In this document: one piece after another, positions 38,349-48,365 of the stretch | How positions within the stretch are numbered: position 1 is the first letter of the stretch | How the letters are laid out: each line of letters begins with the position of its first letter | IMG/VR virus record: IMGVR_UViG_3300033146_004475 | Coordinates: 4,217-68,216 of that record | Strand: one strand, 5' to 3' | From: a virus | DNA: 64,000 bases | Notes under the pieces: model-generated | Databases searched by the model: none | What the model saw: the letters and a program-made list of their open reading frames with translations, nothing else | Told to the model about the DNA's origin: nothing | Position numbers and translations under genes: made by a program

Positions 38349-38888
38349 TTACTTTCTAAATTCTGGTTTTAAATTAAATTCGGCAAACAATCTCTCTAAC
38401 TGTTTACCAAGCTTCATGCCTTTTCCTTTTTTCCTCTCTTTGTAAATTGCATATTTAGGATATATTTTATTTGGGTACTTTATCCTAAATAATTTTAATA
38501 GTTTTTTAACACTGTTCTTTTTTAATTTTTTTGGTTTTGCTTTTTCTGATGGATGAACATATTCTAAGTAAGTCATTGGTGGATTTTCAATAAAATCAGC
38601 TAAAGAGCGTAAAAAATCAGGCAAAGTAATGTCAAATTTATGAAGTCCACAACGAATAAAAGAATTAGTTATTTTCCCTTCCATAGTGTTGGCTTGTCTG
38701 TGAATAATCCCACGAATCAAGCCAGATTCTTCTGACTTACCTAAATTCTTTGCATTACTGGAGTGAGCATGATCACATACCATATCTTCTGCATTGAATT
38801 TCATTTTCAAAATAGGACAAATACACCTTTGTTTTCTATGAAAATGTTTTCTGATTTTTTTCAAATCTTTTTGATTTATTTGTTTCAT
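38349..38888 (-). CDS. Recombination endonuclease VII-like Holliday junction resolvase
   Basis: CPIL...VCDHAH...GLIRGII...NTMEGK...HP motifs. Confidence 0.8.
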   Translation of the reverse strand: MKQINQKDLKKIRKHFHRKQRCICPILKMKFNAEDMVCDHAHSSNAKNLGKSEESGLIRGIIHRQANTMEGKITNSFIRCGLHKFDITLPDFLRSLADFIENPPMTYLEYVHPSEKAKPKKLKKNSVKKLLKLFRIKYPNKIYPKYAIYKERKKGKGMKLGKQLERLFAEFNLKPEFRK

Positions 38889-39244
38889 TGTTCTGTCAAA
38901 TCATCTATAATGACTAAATTTTGTTCAGTGGTTGTTAAGTCAGCTAATGCCATTCCTAATATAGAAAACATAGTTTTTCTATCTTGCATTTTATAGGCAT
39001 TTGAGAATTTTATCCTTACTTCTTCTGGAAATATTTTTACATCAGAACAACAACTAAAATCCGGGCAACATTCGTTTCTAATTGGATTATGAATTGATCT
39101 TCCCTTTACCCATTGTTCCAGTTGATAATTAATGCTTTGATTAGTAGTCATTCCTTTAAATTCAATATCAGTTTTACTTTTTACAATAACTTCTTGCAAT
39201 GAATGTTTTTTCATTTTTAATATCCTTTTAAAGTTAAATACCAA
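38885..39244 (-). CDS. Hypothetical protein
   Basis: WVKG.SIHN...ECCPDFSCC motif. Confidence 0.55.
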   Translation of the reverse strand: MVFNFKRILKMKKHSLQEVIVKSKTDIEFKGMTTNQSINYQLEQWVKGRSIHNPIRNECCPDFSCCSDVKIFPEEVRIKFSNAYKMQDRKTMFSILGMALADLTTTEQNLVIIDDLTEQ

Positions 39245-40083
39245 TCATCTAAATCAGAACATATTGATGGAAAATTATATTTTTTGGCCATATTATTTAT
39301 TTTAATTTTGCTTATTCGATCTTCTGTTATTTTATAATTAGGAGTACCTCTAAAAGGAAGAATAACAAGTGATTTATTTCTATTTATGATGTCTTTACCT
39401 TCCCTGCTTGTTAAAGATTCATATGTTTTGTAATGAGTAGGTAATTCATTTTTTAGAAATTTTAAAGCTGTTTTTTCACCTACCCCTGAAACTCCTTTAA
39501 CTTCATCCGAAGTACAACCAGCCATGCTTTTTATACGTTTCCACATCTTTGGCTCAATCCCATATTCTTTTATGAATTTTGCTTTAGTATAATATGTGTT
39601 TGTTGATGGTTTTAAAATACAAACAGTATCAGTTAATAATTGATACATATCTTGATCAGAAGTAACAATAACTATTTCATTGTTACGATAAGTTTTACAT
39701 ATCTTGCCGATGATATCATCAGCTTCAAAGCCCTTAGTATTAAAAATGTTTGAATAGCCCATAGAGGGCAATATATCTTGCTCAACAAGATCAAATTGAG
39801 GCCAGGCCATAGCATCAAGTTTCAATTCTTTTTCAGTTTTTTCTTTAGTGTTTCGTTTTAATTTATAATTAGGATATATTTTTTTTCGTAAAGAATCTTC
39901 TGGCATACTATCTGTTGCAAAAACACAAATATTAGCTTTTGTTTTACGCATAAGTAACTGGAGTTTTAATAGGAAACCAAAAATGATATATGTTGATTGG
40001 TCCTTCTTTTTAATATTTTTATTTCCATGTTTTATGATATGGAGAACACTGGAAGTATCAAGTAGTAATATGCGTTTTTTCAT
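39217..40083 (-). CDS. 5'-3' exonuclease / flap endonuclease (T4 RNase H, PolA N-terminal like)
   Basis: RKKIYPNYK, FEADDII, TSDQDMYQL, SDEVKGVSGVGEKTA. Confidence 0.9.
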   Translation of the reverse strand: MKKRILLLDTSSVLHIIKHGNKNIKKKDQSTYIIFGFLLKLQLLMRKTKANICVFATDSMPEDSLRKKIYPNYKLKRNTKEKTEKELKLDAMAWPQFDLVEQDILPSMGYSNIFNTKGFEADDIIGKICKTYRNNEIVIVTSDQDMYQLLTDTVCILKPSTNTYYTKAKFIKEYGIEPKMWKRIKSMAGCTSDEVKGVSGVGEKTALKFLKNELPTHYKTYESLTSREGKDIINRNKSLVILPFRGTPNYKITEDRISKIKINNMAKKYNFPSICSDLDDWYLTLKGY

Positions 40084-40099
40084 TGTTTCCTCGTTTGAA

Positions 40100-40133
40100 A
40101 AACACGGGACCCTTTATTTTGAGTCCCGTGTTT
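40100..40133 (-). terminator. Intrinsic terminator after acidic protein gene
   Basis: AAACACGGGAC ... GTCCCGTGTTT; T run follows on minus strand. Confidence 0.7.
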
Positions 40134-40167
40134 ACTATGTTGAAAAAATTAATTTACGGGGTATTAT

Positions 40168-41013
40168 TTAATCATCTTCCCATTCACCATCTTCCCATTC
40201 ACCATCTTCCCATTCATCATTATCTTCTTTGTCGTCCTCATCTTCATCTTCATCTTCAAATAAAGCTTCAATAACAAGAGTTCTTAATTTTTTTACTGGT
40301 TTTGATGTATCAACATCAAGATCCTCCTCGTCACAAAGTTGTTTCAATTCCTTTTTACTCATGGCGTTAATGGTTTCTTCTGATAGTTCATCCTCATCTT
40401 CATCCTCATCAGAATCTTCATCAGAATCTTCATCAGAATCTTCATCAGAATCTTCATCAGAATCTTCATCAGAATCTTCATCAGAATCTTCATCAGAATC
40501 TTCATCAGAATCTTCATCAGAATCTTCAAATAATGCTTCAATGACAAGCTCTCTTAGTTTTTTTACTGTTTTTGATGTATCAACATCAAGATCCTCATCA
40601 TCACAAAGTTGTTTCAATTCCTTTTTACTCATTGTATTGATAGTTTCTTCTGATATTTCATCCTCATCTTCATCCTCATCTTCATCCTCATCTTCATCCT
40701 CATCAGAATCTTCATCTTCATCAGAATCTTCATCAGAATCTTCATCCTCATCAGAATCTTCATCTTCATCAGAATCATCATCAAAATCATCACCAAAAAT
40801 TTCTTTAAACTTATCAAAGAGTAGTTCAGATAATTCTTCTGTGGTTGTTTCAATAAATTTAAGTTTGTCAACATCATCTCCTATTGTTTCAGTAAGTCCA
40901 AACTCAATCTTTCCTTTACTGAACTCAAGGGCTTTACTCACATTTACGGTAATTCTACGATCTGCAACAATGAGTACGTCCATTTTCTTTTTCTTAGCCA
41001 TGAAATCCTCCAT
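40168..41013 (-). CDS. Highly acidic repeat protein with two helix-extension-helix (Rho-N/SAP-like) units
   Basis: (DEDS)n tracts alternate with duplicated SEETINxMSKKELKQLCDxEDLDVDTSKxVKKLRxLVIEALF; ends EWEDGEWEDGEWEDD. Confidence 0.7.
   Translation of the reverse strand: MEDFMAKKKKMDVLIVADRRITVNVSKALEFSKGKIEFGLTETIGDDVDKLKFIETTTEELSELLFDKFKEIFGDDFDDDSDEDEDSDEDEDSDEDSDEDEDSDEDEDEDEDEDEDEDEISEETINTMSKKELKQLCDDEDLDVDTSKTVKKLRELVIEALFEDSDEDSDEDSDEDSDEDSDEDSDEDSDEDSDEDSDEDSDEDEDEDELSEETINAMSKKELKQLCDEEDLDVDTSKPVKKLRTLVIEALFEDEDEDEDDKEDNDEWEDGEWEDGEWEDD
40408..40527. repeat. 12-bp tandem repeat (TCAGAATCTTCA)n
   Basis: About ten perfect units encoding DEDS; degenerate second array near 40660-40780. 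Confidence 0.9.
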
Positions 41014-42107
41014 TATGATTTATATTTTCTTTTTCGTTTTGGTTTTAATTTAGCCAAAACAGCGTTATAGGTTTCTTGACAAAGTTGAAATAATTCATCC
41101 TCTCTGTCATTTTTCTCAATGTTATCAATGATTCCTTTTATTGATGTTTTTTCTGCAATAAATCCTTTTGTATTTATTGCTTTTGATGTTCCTGTCCAAT
41201 TTCCTTCATCAATCAAGAAATTAATACAAGATTTTAAATTATCAACGCCATAATCATTTAGAATTGGAAAGTAAACTTCTCCATGATTGCCTGTTAATTT
41301 GTTTTTGGTTATTTTGGCCTGAACATTTGTGATAACTGTCCTTTTGCCCTTTTTTTCTTTTTTCTGACAAGCTAACCAAATTTCATGAAAGGAGTAAAAC
41401 TTCAATGCCCTTCCACCTGATCTTGTTTTAGGTGTAAACATAGCTCCAAATCCTATATTGTCTCTTGTTTGAGAAATAATAATTATAGCTGATTTGTTAT
41501 CACTTAAATCTTGTATTCTTTGAGAACAAAATTTAGCAAATGCTTTTGGTTTTCCATCACCATAATCCCCTTTAATTTTACCTCCTTTTTCTCTTGCCTT
41601 TCGGTTTTCTTTATCTTTTTCAATTGCAGCTTCAGAAGTTAAAGCATCAAATGAATCCAATATATTTATAAAAGGACGATCATCTTCCAGGTATCTAGCA
41701 ACATTATCATTATACTCCTCAATGGTTTTGCTTCTGACTAATTCAATTCTATCAGCACAATCTTTTCCAAATAGATAAACTAAATCAAATTCATTAGCTG
41801 CTTCCACATCGTCATAAATGAATCGGTATTTGTCAAACCTGGGTTGTAATGCACATTCAGCAAATACTGTAAAGCCAAATATTGTTTTTCCAGAATGAGA
41901 ATCACCTATTAAATTTACCATCTTGCCAAGTTTAAATGCTCCTTCAATTCTTCCAGAACATTCAAGATTAAAAGTAGTTGACCCAGTAGGAATTAAGGAA
42001 TTAGGATCAAGTCGAGAAGGTTCTTTTTTAACTTCCTTGACCTTTTTTTGAAAGTCTTTTGCAATTTTATCCAAAGGACTTTTTTTTATTTTAATTCGCT
42101 TTGCCAT
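41013..42107 (-). CDS. RecA/UvsX-like recombinase
   Basis: IPTGS, GDSHSGKT, ILDSFDAL, ISQTRDNIG, SGGRALKFY, KNK motifs. Confidence 0.9.
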   Translation of the reverse strand: MAKRIKIKKSPLDKIAKDFQKKVKEVKKEPSRLDPNSLIPTGSTTFNLECSGRIEGAFKLGKMVNLIGDSHSGKTIFGFTVFAECALQPRFDKYRFIYDDVEAANEFDLVYLFGKDCADRIELVRSKTIEEYNDNVARYLEDDRPFINILDSFDALTSEAAIEKDKENRKAREKGGKIKGDYGDGKPKAFAKFCSQRIQDLSDNKSAIIIISQTRDNIGFGAMFTPKTRSGGRALKFYSFHEIWLACQKKEKKGKRTVITNVQAKITKNKLTGNHGEVYFPILNDYGVDNLKSCINFLIDEGNWTGTSKAINTKGFIAEKTSIKGIIDNIEKNDREDELFQLCQETYNAVLAKLKPKRKRKYKS

Positions 42108-42113
42108 AATCCC

Positions 42114-43016
42114 TTACTTCCTTGTCCGAATTTTTCTCTTTCTCTTCTTTGGTTTTGGACTTTCTTCTCCTTTTAGTTTTTTCTTTTTCTTTTTCTTTTT
42201 GGATTTAAAGGAAGAATCGTCAATGTCCTTTTCATCAGTATCAAATGGAGCATCATCATTATCAGGTTTATTGTCATCCTTAAATGCTTTAGCAATGGCT
42301 TCATATGATGGGTGCATGTTGATTACCTGATCAAGAGAAAAAGTAGCATCGAGTATTTTGTCAGGAATTGGAGATTCCCTGTCAACAAATCTATGTCCAA
42401 GATATGATGTATTTTCACGGCCTGATCCTTTTCTTGTCCAACAGACACTTTTGCCTGTATCTGGATCAGAGAAAACAACGTATCCACCCCCTCTTGGAAG
42501 TTTAGCAATCTCCTCAATTTTCTCTTCCATAAAGAAATGAGCAGCATCAAAAATTTGAATGCCCTTTTTTTCTTCAGTTGGATTTGTTCTGTTCCAGATA
42601 AGATAAATAGAACGTCTTTTAGGTCTAATTTTTGACCACTCTGCTTTTTCCAATCTTTTTGATTTCATATATTCACAGATTGGGCAGGGCTTGTTGAAAT
42701 TTTCATACGGACAAACATAAGGTTGATTCATTTTTCCAACATTTTGATGAACAAACAAATCTAAAACATAATCAAAATCTCCTTTCTCTGTAACAGGTTG
42801 ATTCTGATCATCAAACGGCATATCTTTTCCAGCTTCCCAGGGAAGAATATCAACAATATGTTGTGCTTCCGTGCATCTAAAAAATCCAACCCCTTCTGGT
42901 ATGTCATTTTTGTTAAAAACAGTTGGAAATCTACCCCCTGTTTGTCGTGGTGCTTGATTGTGTCTTTTCTTTAGTCCACCTCTTTTTTTCCTCATTCTTG
43001 ATCTAAAACTACCCAT
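42114..43016 (-). CDS. gp32-like single-stranded DNA-binding protein
   Basis: VHQNVG...YVCP...PCPICE zinc motif; DPDTGK; between UvsX and UvsY. Confidence 0.75.
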   Translation of the reverse strand: MGSFRSRMRKKRGGLKKRHNQAPRQTGGRFPTVFNKNDIPEGVGFFRCTEAQHIVDILPWEAGKDMPFDDQNQPVTEKGDFDYVLDLFVHQNVGKMNQPYVCPYENFNKPCPICEYMKSKRLEKAEWSKIRPKRRSIYLIWNRTNPTEEKKGIQIFDAAHFFMEEKIEEIAKLPRGGGYVVFSDPDTGKSVCWTRKGSGRENTSYLGHRFVDRESPIPDKILDATFSLDQVINMHPSYEAIAKAFKDDNKPDNDDAPFDTDEKDIDDSSFKSKKKKKKKKLKGEESPKPKKRKRKIRTRK

Positions 43017-43076
43017 AACTTCTACTCCTTACATTTTACATTAAATGAAATACGGGACTATGCCCTGAGTTCTATT

Positions 43077-43586
43077 CTACTTTTTCTTTTTCCTCCTTTT
43101 TAGACTTTCGTTTAATTCTCTCTTGTGCTGAGAATGGTTAGTTGCTGATATATGTTTTTGCAAATCTCTTACTTTATTCCTGGGTTCAGCATAAAATCCA
43201 GATATTTGCAATGACACCAAGTTACTCAGAGCATGCTTTTTGTGATCAAATGCGTTTTTAATGCCCTGTAATGAATTAACTCTTTTAACACATTTGTTAT
43301 ATTTCTTCATGCTATTTAAATATTTTTTATTAGTTTTGATGATGTTTTTTATGGCAGCTTCAGTTGGCTTTGTTGGAAGTTTATATTTTGTTTCCCATTT
43401 TTGTCTGATATCTAAATCAATTTGTGCTTCTACCCATTCTAATTTTAATTTAGCATCATCTCTTTTATAAACAGAATCAGCAAAAGCTTCGGTATAATAT
43501 GCATAAATTGATGGATGTGTAAGCCATTCTCCTTCTAAATCTTCCTCATTTATTTCTATATCTAAAGCATAATTACGAATTTCCAT
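43077..43586 (-). CDS. UvsY-like recombination mediator
   Basis: Helical; KPTEAAIKN...AFDHKKHALSNLVSL...GFY. Confidence 0.7.
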   Translation of the reverse strand: MEIRNYALDIEINEEDLEGEWLTHPSIYAYYTEAFADSVYKRDDAKLKLEWVEAQIDLDIRQKWETKYKLPTKPTEAAIKNIIKTNKKYLNSMKKYNKCVKRVNSLQGIKNAFDHKKHALSNLVSLQISGFYAEPRNKVRDLQKHISATNHSQHKRELNESLKRRKKKK

Positions 43587-43589
43587 AAT

Positions 43590-44528
43590 TTATTCCTCTT
43601 CAATGAAACAAGCTTTGTAACAAGCTAAGGTCAAACCAGATGATCCACTATCATAAAAATTATTCTTAAATTCATCCATAACCATAGCCACTTCCATACC
43701 TCCGTTGTTTAATAGAACTTTGTTCAAATAACCGAGAATAGGCCGTCTTGCTGATTCTCCATCAGTGTTCATTTTTTTTAAAAGGCTTTTTACTCTTGCC
43801 CAACGAGAATTTTCATTTATATTAAAATTGATTAAAGCTTGGCAGATTAGTCTCATATCCTCTTCAGTTGTTCCAGCAGCTTTTAAAGTGGACAATGCTG
43901 ATTTCTCATCATCCATCATATCAATGACCATATCAAGATATTTTAAAGCAATTCCAGCAGATCCACCAGATAATTCAACTATTTTGTCAAAAACTTTGAT
44001 TGAATGTTTCTTTACTTGCTCTTTCTTGAGTATTGACTTCATTAATTTGATCATTTCAGAACTTGTTAATAGCTGTACCTCATAAATGTGACATCTACGC
44101 TTAAATGTTGTCCTAAGAGCTTCAGGATTAGTTGTACATATAATAAAATGTACATGAGAAGGGGGTTCTTCTAAAGCTTTGAGTAAAGCCTCCTGTGGTG
44201 GTTTGAGGAGCATATGAGCCTCATCCAAAAGGATAACTTTTTTGTTTCCTTTTAGTGGTGCATATTTCATAGAAGAAATTATACTACGAATAGCTGGCAA
44301 TGTTCGGTCATTAGCTGTATTTAATTCTTTGAAATCAGATTTAGCACATTTTAATCCTCTTGCAATGATTCTTGCCAAAGTGGTCTTGCCAGCGCCGGAG
44401 GGACCGATAATCATAAAAGAAGAAGGAGGATTATCTCTTTTTAACATTGCTGTTATTGATTTTTTGATTTCTTCATTGCCAGAGAAATCTTTAAATGTAG
44501 ATGGCCTGTAATCTGTTTGCAAGCTCAC
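43590..44528 (-). CDS. Clamp loader AAA+ subunit (DnaX-like)
   Basis: YRPSTF, GPSGAGKTTLARI, LLDEAH, ALLKALEEPP, FIICTT. Confidence 0.9.
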   Translation of the reverse strand: MSLQTDYRPSTFKDFSGNEEIKKSITAMLKRDNPPSSFMIIGPSGAGKTTLARIIARGLKCAKSDFKELNTANDRTLPAIRSIISSMKYAPLKGNKKVILLDEAHMLLKPPQEALLKALEEPPSHVHFIICTTNPEALRTTFKRRCHIYEVQLLTSSEMIKLMKSILKKEQVKKHSIKVFDKIVELSGGSAGIALKYLDMVIDMMDDEKSALSTLKAAGTTEEDMRLICQALINFNINENSRWARVKSLLKKMNTDGESARRPILGYLNKVLLNNGGMEVAMVMDEFKNNFYDSGSSGLTLACYKACFIEEE

Positions 44529-44699
44529 TTAATTACCCTCTGGTTGTTTTATATTTGCATTTTCTTTTACTCTGTCAGCTTGCCATTGCAAAAGAATATT
44601 TCCAATGAATCTTGATCTTGACATTCCAATATCTTTGGCAGCTTCGGCAAGATCAATTTCCAATGGTACTGGAATTGTGATACTAATTGTTTTTCCCAT
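44529..44699 (-). CDS. Ribbon-helix-helix protein (56 aa, absent from ORF track)
   Basis: MGKTISITIPVPLEIDLAEAAKDIGMSRSRFIGNIL RHH pattern; GAGG RBS. Confidence 0.7.
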   Translation of the reverse strand: MGKTISITIPVPLEIDLAEAAKDIGMSRSRFIGNILLQWQADRVKENANIKQPEGN

Positions 44700-44700
44700 T

Positions 44701-44886
44701 TTAATTTACCTCTTTATCTATAAACTCACGAATTTTGTCTAACTCCTTTTTAGTGCCTACTATATTAATTGAATCCTGCATCACGCCAAGATCTACTTTG
44801 ATTTCTTTGCCGTTGACAAAAGTCAAAATAGAACTAATTTTCTTTTGAAAATTATTCCTGTGTAATATTTGTTGATTCACATCCAT
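44701..44886 (-). CDS. Hypothetical protein
   Basis: AAGGAG RBS; first gene after promoter. Confidence 0.55.
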   Translation of the reverse strand: MDVNQQILHRNNFQKKISSILTFVNGKEIKVDLGVMQDSINIVGTKKELDKIREFIDKEVN

Positions 44887-44919
44887 AATATTCTCCTTAA
44901 ATTATTTTTATTTTTAATA

Positions 44920-44948
44920 ATCATAAATCATTGCAATTAAAAAGTCAA
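44920..44948 (-). promoter_or_regulatory. Sigma70-type promoter
   Basis: TTGACT-N17-TATGAT. Confidence 0.65.
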
Positions 44949-44988
44949 GACTTTTTTAAGTCTTTTCTAATACTTTTTTAATAAGTTC

Positions 44989-47682
44989 CTACGATTCTTT
45001 AGGATTACAAATAAAATCTAAATATTTCTTATTGTTTATATCCTTCATTGAAAATTCTCGCATATCAGAAAAATTCCCATTAACCTCTTTAAGTCTTGAT
45101 AATTCTATTTCTACTTCCATTGGAATAATTAACCATTTGAACTTTTTTTGTAAGCCCTGAACAATTTTAGTTACCCCACGTGTATAAATTTGAATCTCAT
45201 TTTTTGGAATACTGGAAATCAAACTATCATGTATTTGTCCAATTAGTTTAGTTTTTAATTTATTTTTATCAATAAATTTTTGAACTTCTATCAGGGTGTA
45301 AAGTAATAAATGAAAAGAACAGGATTGAATCGGAAAATTAGTACATTGATTTTTTGACATATAACCTGTGAATCTAAAACCAAAATGATTTTCAATAAAT
45401 CCTGTTTCTTGATAATCTTGCACTACTTGTTTTTTCCAAGCAGTGTAAACTGGAAATCTTTCATTCCACATCTTATCTTCAACTTTTGCACAATGTTCCA
45501 TGAAACTAAAAGGAGTAGGGCCATTTCTTGTCATTTCACCAAGTTCATAAATTCCTTTTGTTTCTAACCATTTTCTACAAGTCATTCCATTTGGCAATTT
45601 TAACCCTGCTTCAATAACATTTTCCCAGAATGTTGGAGCGCATGAACCAAACCAATCCCCATAAAACTGAGCAAAAGTCCAATTATTTTTTGCAAAAAAT
45701 CTTAGTTTCTTGACTAATTTCTTTTGTTTTAAATTATAATTTGGATTTTCTAACATATCATGTGGTAATTGCAGCAGGTCAGAGCATGAGTCACGATGCA
45801 TGTCCGTTGTTGGGTCAAGAAGATAGTTTATGAATGTTGGATCTTTGTGTTCCGTTGCTGAAACAATAACTTCCGCACCCGAAAAATCAATTTCCGATAA
45901 AACGCTGTTAGTACCAGGAATTATTCCTTTTCGTATAAGAGTTTTAATTTCTTCATCCCGTTTTGGCAAATTTTGCCAGTTGGGACGGGAACTACTTGAA
46001 CGGAAAGAAACAGGTATATTCAGATCAAAAAATGGGTATAATTTATTTCGATATATCTCTCTTGCAAACTGACCTAAATAAGTTCCTTTTGCTTTTTCAT
46101 ACTTCTTCATTTCAAGCAACTTCTTAACAAAAGGTAAATTTAATCCTTCAAGAGTTGCCTTGTCTGTTTTATACTGACCTTTGTCAGTATATATTGGATC
46201 TTTCCCGAGAACTTCATAAAACAATTTTCCAAGATCTTGGTTTGATGTAATTTTAATTGGTCTTTTGTACTTTTTTTGAAACTTTCTTGCTTCTCTTCCA
46301 CTTTCTAAATACTTTTTCCTTTTGTTTATTTTCTTTTCTAATTGTTTTTCAGCTTTTTGGTAATACTTGCTATTCATATTAATTCCATTTAATTGCAAAG
46401 TAGCCATTTGTTTATTGCCTCTTTGGAAAAACATATAAGCTTTAAACAATTTTCTTCTTTTTAGAAAAAATGGATATTGTATCTTAAATAACATATAAGT
46501 AAAGATACAATCTAATCCATTGTATAAAAGCAAATCCTTGAAGGGTGCTTTTTCAACTGTATTAAACTCTCCATCTTTTGATTGTAAAAAAGGCTTGATA
46601 TGTTCATCATAAGGACGAACACCAAAATTTACAAAAGTTTGAAATTTCAATCCAGTTGATGCAGAGCGATTATCCATAATATGCGCTCCCATCATGGTAT
46701 CCCATATACAATCTGGTCTGCTGTTGAACATAACTGTTGACCAAACTTCCTCATATTTTTGATTAGCAGTTATTTTTTTAATATCATTATCTTTTAAAAT
46801 TATTTTCCATAATTTTTTAATTTCAAGAAATTCAACTTTAGTCCAGTATTGTTTCCATTGATATGGGAATGTAAATGCCTTTTTTGGAGAAATAGCAACT
46901 CCAATTGTTACAATTTTGTGACCTTTTCTGAAAGGCTTTAAACCAGTAGTTTCATAATCATAAGCAATTGTGGGTTTTCTTTTTATGATGCGTTTTAAGA
47001 ATGTTTTTACACGCTTAAAATCTAAAAGAGTAGTAACACGCCCTTCGTAGTCTTTTCGCTTCACAAAAGGCTTATTTAGGCATTTAATGGCATGTTTTAA
47101 ATCTCTGTCGAATGTTGATTCTAAATTTTTATCTTTATTGTATTTATTGACATATTTAATATCAAATAATGGAACAATATTGCAGCCATAAACTTCATCA
47201 GGTATACAATAAGTTCTCCATCTGGCCACTTTTCTGTTTGAAAAAGTGTCCCCAAATAAAGAGTTAATAGCAATATTGCCCATTAATAAGATTAATTTTG
47301 GTTTTAGAGTCAATATGAGTTTTTTTAAATGTGGATGACAACTGTGGATTTGTGTTTGTGATGGTACTTTTCCATCAGGTACTTTACATCTCACAGCATT
47401 TATTTTCCAACAATCTTTATTTAAACTGATATTTTGAAATTTCAATTTAGTTTGTAAAATACTGCCAGATTCTCCACTAAAAGCTGTTCCATACATATCT
47501 TCAGTTTCACTTGAAAATTCTCCAATTATTAATATCTTTTTTCTTCCTTCTCCTGAGATATCAATTTTTGGATGGTCTGACTTTTTATATAATCCACATT
47601 TAGTACATTGCGATTCTAATTGATTAATATCCACTATAATTTGGGCTTGTTTGTTTAACTCTGAAGTAGTAAAAAATCCCAT
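44989..47682 (-). CDS. Family A DNA polymerase with N-terminal uracil-DNA glycosylase-like domain (SPO1-type)
   Basis: CTKC...ILIIGE...NAVRC UDG-like; DYETTG exonuclease; PNWQNLP, IDFSGAE, RFFAKN, IHDS polymerase motifs. Confidence 0.92.
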   Translation of the reverse strand: MGFFTTSELNKQAQIIVDINQLESQCTKCGLYKKSDHPKIDISGEGRKKILIIGEFSSETEDMYGTAFSGESGSILQTKLKFQNISLNKDCWKINAVRCKVPDGKVPSQTQIHSCHPHLKKLILTLKPKLILLMGNIAINSLFGDTFSNRKVARWRTYCIPDEVYGCNIVPLFDIKYVNKYNKDKNLESTFDRDLKHAIKCLNKPFVKRKDYEGRVTTLLDFKRVKTFLKRIIKRKPTIAYDYETTGLKPFRKGHKIVTIGVAISPKKAFTFPYQWKQYWTKVEFLEIKKLWKIILKDNDIKKITANQKYEEVWSTVMFNSRPDCIWDTMMGAHIMDNRSASTGLKFQTFVNFGVRPYDEHIKPFLQSKDGEFNTVEKAPFKDLLLYNGLDCIFTYMLFKIQYPFFLKRRKLFKAYMFFQRGNKQMATLQLNGINMNSKYYQKAEKQLEKKINKRKKYLESGREARKFQKKYKRPIKITSNQDLGKLFYEVLGKDPIYTDKGQYKTDKATLEGLNLPFVKKLLEMKKYEKAKGTYLGQFAREIYRNKLYPFFDLNIPVSFRSSSSRPNWQNLPKRDEEIKTLIRKGIIPGTNSVLSEIDFSGAEVIVSATEHKDPTFINYLLDPTTDMHRDSCSDLLQLPHDMLENPNYNLKQKKLVKKLRFFAKNNWTFAQFYGDWFGSCAPTFWENVIEAGLKLPNGMTCRKWLETKGIYELGEMTRNGPTPFSFMEHCAKVEDKMWNERFPVYTAWKKQVVQDYQETGFIENHFGFRFTGYMSKNQCTNFPIQSCSFHLLLYTLIEVQKFIDKNKLKTKLIGQIHDSLISSIPKNEIQIYTRGVTKIVQGLQKKFKWLIIPMEVEIELSRLKEVNGNFSDMREFSMKDINNKKYLDFICNPKES

Positions 47683-47691
47683 ACTTACTCC

Positions 47692-48363
47692 TTACTTAAT
47701 GATATTTTCAATAAACCCAGGAGAATCCAAAAACAATGCGCTGGAAATTGCTTTAATTGTTTTTTCATATTTATACAAAGTAGTTCCATTTTTCCACTTA
47801 GCATCTAATTTGGCCCAATTTATTCCTTTCGTATATAACATTTCATGCATGTCTGCTATTTTTTTGTTTTGTAATTCTTTATGGGAAAAGTGCGCTCTGG
47901 CTAACATCTGTACTGAATTTTTAGCCCAATCTTGTTGTCTCCATAAGAAATAATTATTCACTTCTTCTTTAGGAAGGTTAAATGCTCTGGCATCAAATAT
48001 TCCTATTTCGGACCAAAGAATAGAAAAATTAGCAGAGGCCATTCCAGCAGAAACAGAACATATTTTTTGAATATTGTTATCAAACCAAGCTTCAGTATTA
48101 AAAGTTGCATAATCAGTCAACAACAAGGATATTTCATCGGATTGCACGTAAGCTAATTTACAACCCTGGACTTCTTGTATTAAATACAAAGCAGTATATT
48201 CCATGACTTGTTGAAAAGAAGTATCAAAGGGTTTTTGACAGTTTTTAGTTAATGTATGAAAAGACTTTCCATCTAACCGTATAATTACAGGCATTCTACG
48301 TATTAGTTTTGTTCTTGCTCGGTATTCATAATTTTCTTTTATTCGTTGGCCTAATGATTGCAT
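47692..48363 (-). CDS. Thg1-like (tRNA-His guanylyltransferase family) 3'-5' nucleotidyltransferase
   Basis: IRLDGKSFH, YVQSDEISL, FDARAF, YFLWRQQD. Confidence 0.9.
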   Translation of the reverse strand: MQSLGQRIKENYEYRARTKLIRRMPVIIRLDGKSFHTLTKNCQKPFDTSFQQVMEYTALYLIQEVQGCKLAYVQSDEISLLLTDYATFNTEAWFDNNIQKICSVSAGMASANFSILWSEIGIFDARAFNLPKEEVNNYFLWRQQDWAKNSVQMLARAHFSHKELQNKKIADMHEMLYTKGINWAKLDAKWKNGTTLYKYEKTIKAISSALFLDSPGFIENIIK

Positions 48364-48365
48364 TT

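Noticed and set aside
40408-40527. Possible CRISPR array
   Set aside because: Head-to-tail 12-bp units with no unique spacers, inside a coding region
40229-41053. 274-aa poly-Ser ORF on + strand and (MKIL)n ORFs
   Set aside because: Antisense and alternative-frame shadows of the DEDS repeat gene; no RBS and wrong strand for the operon
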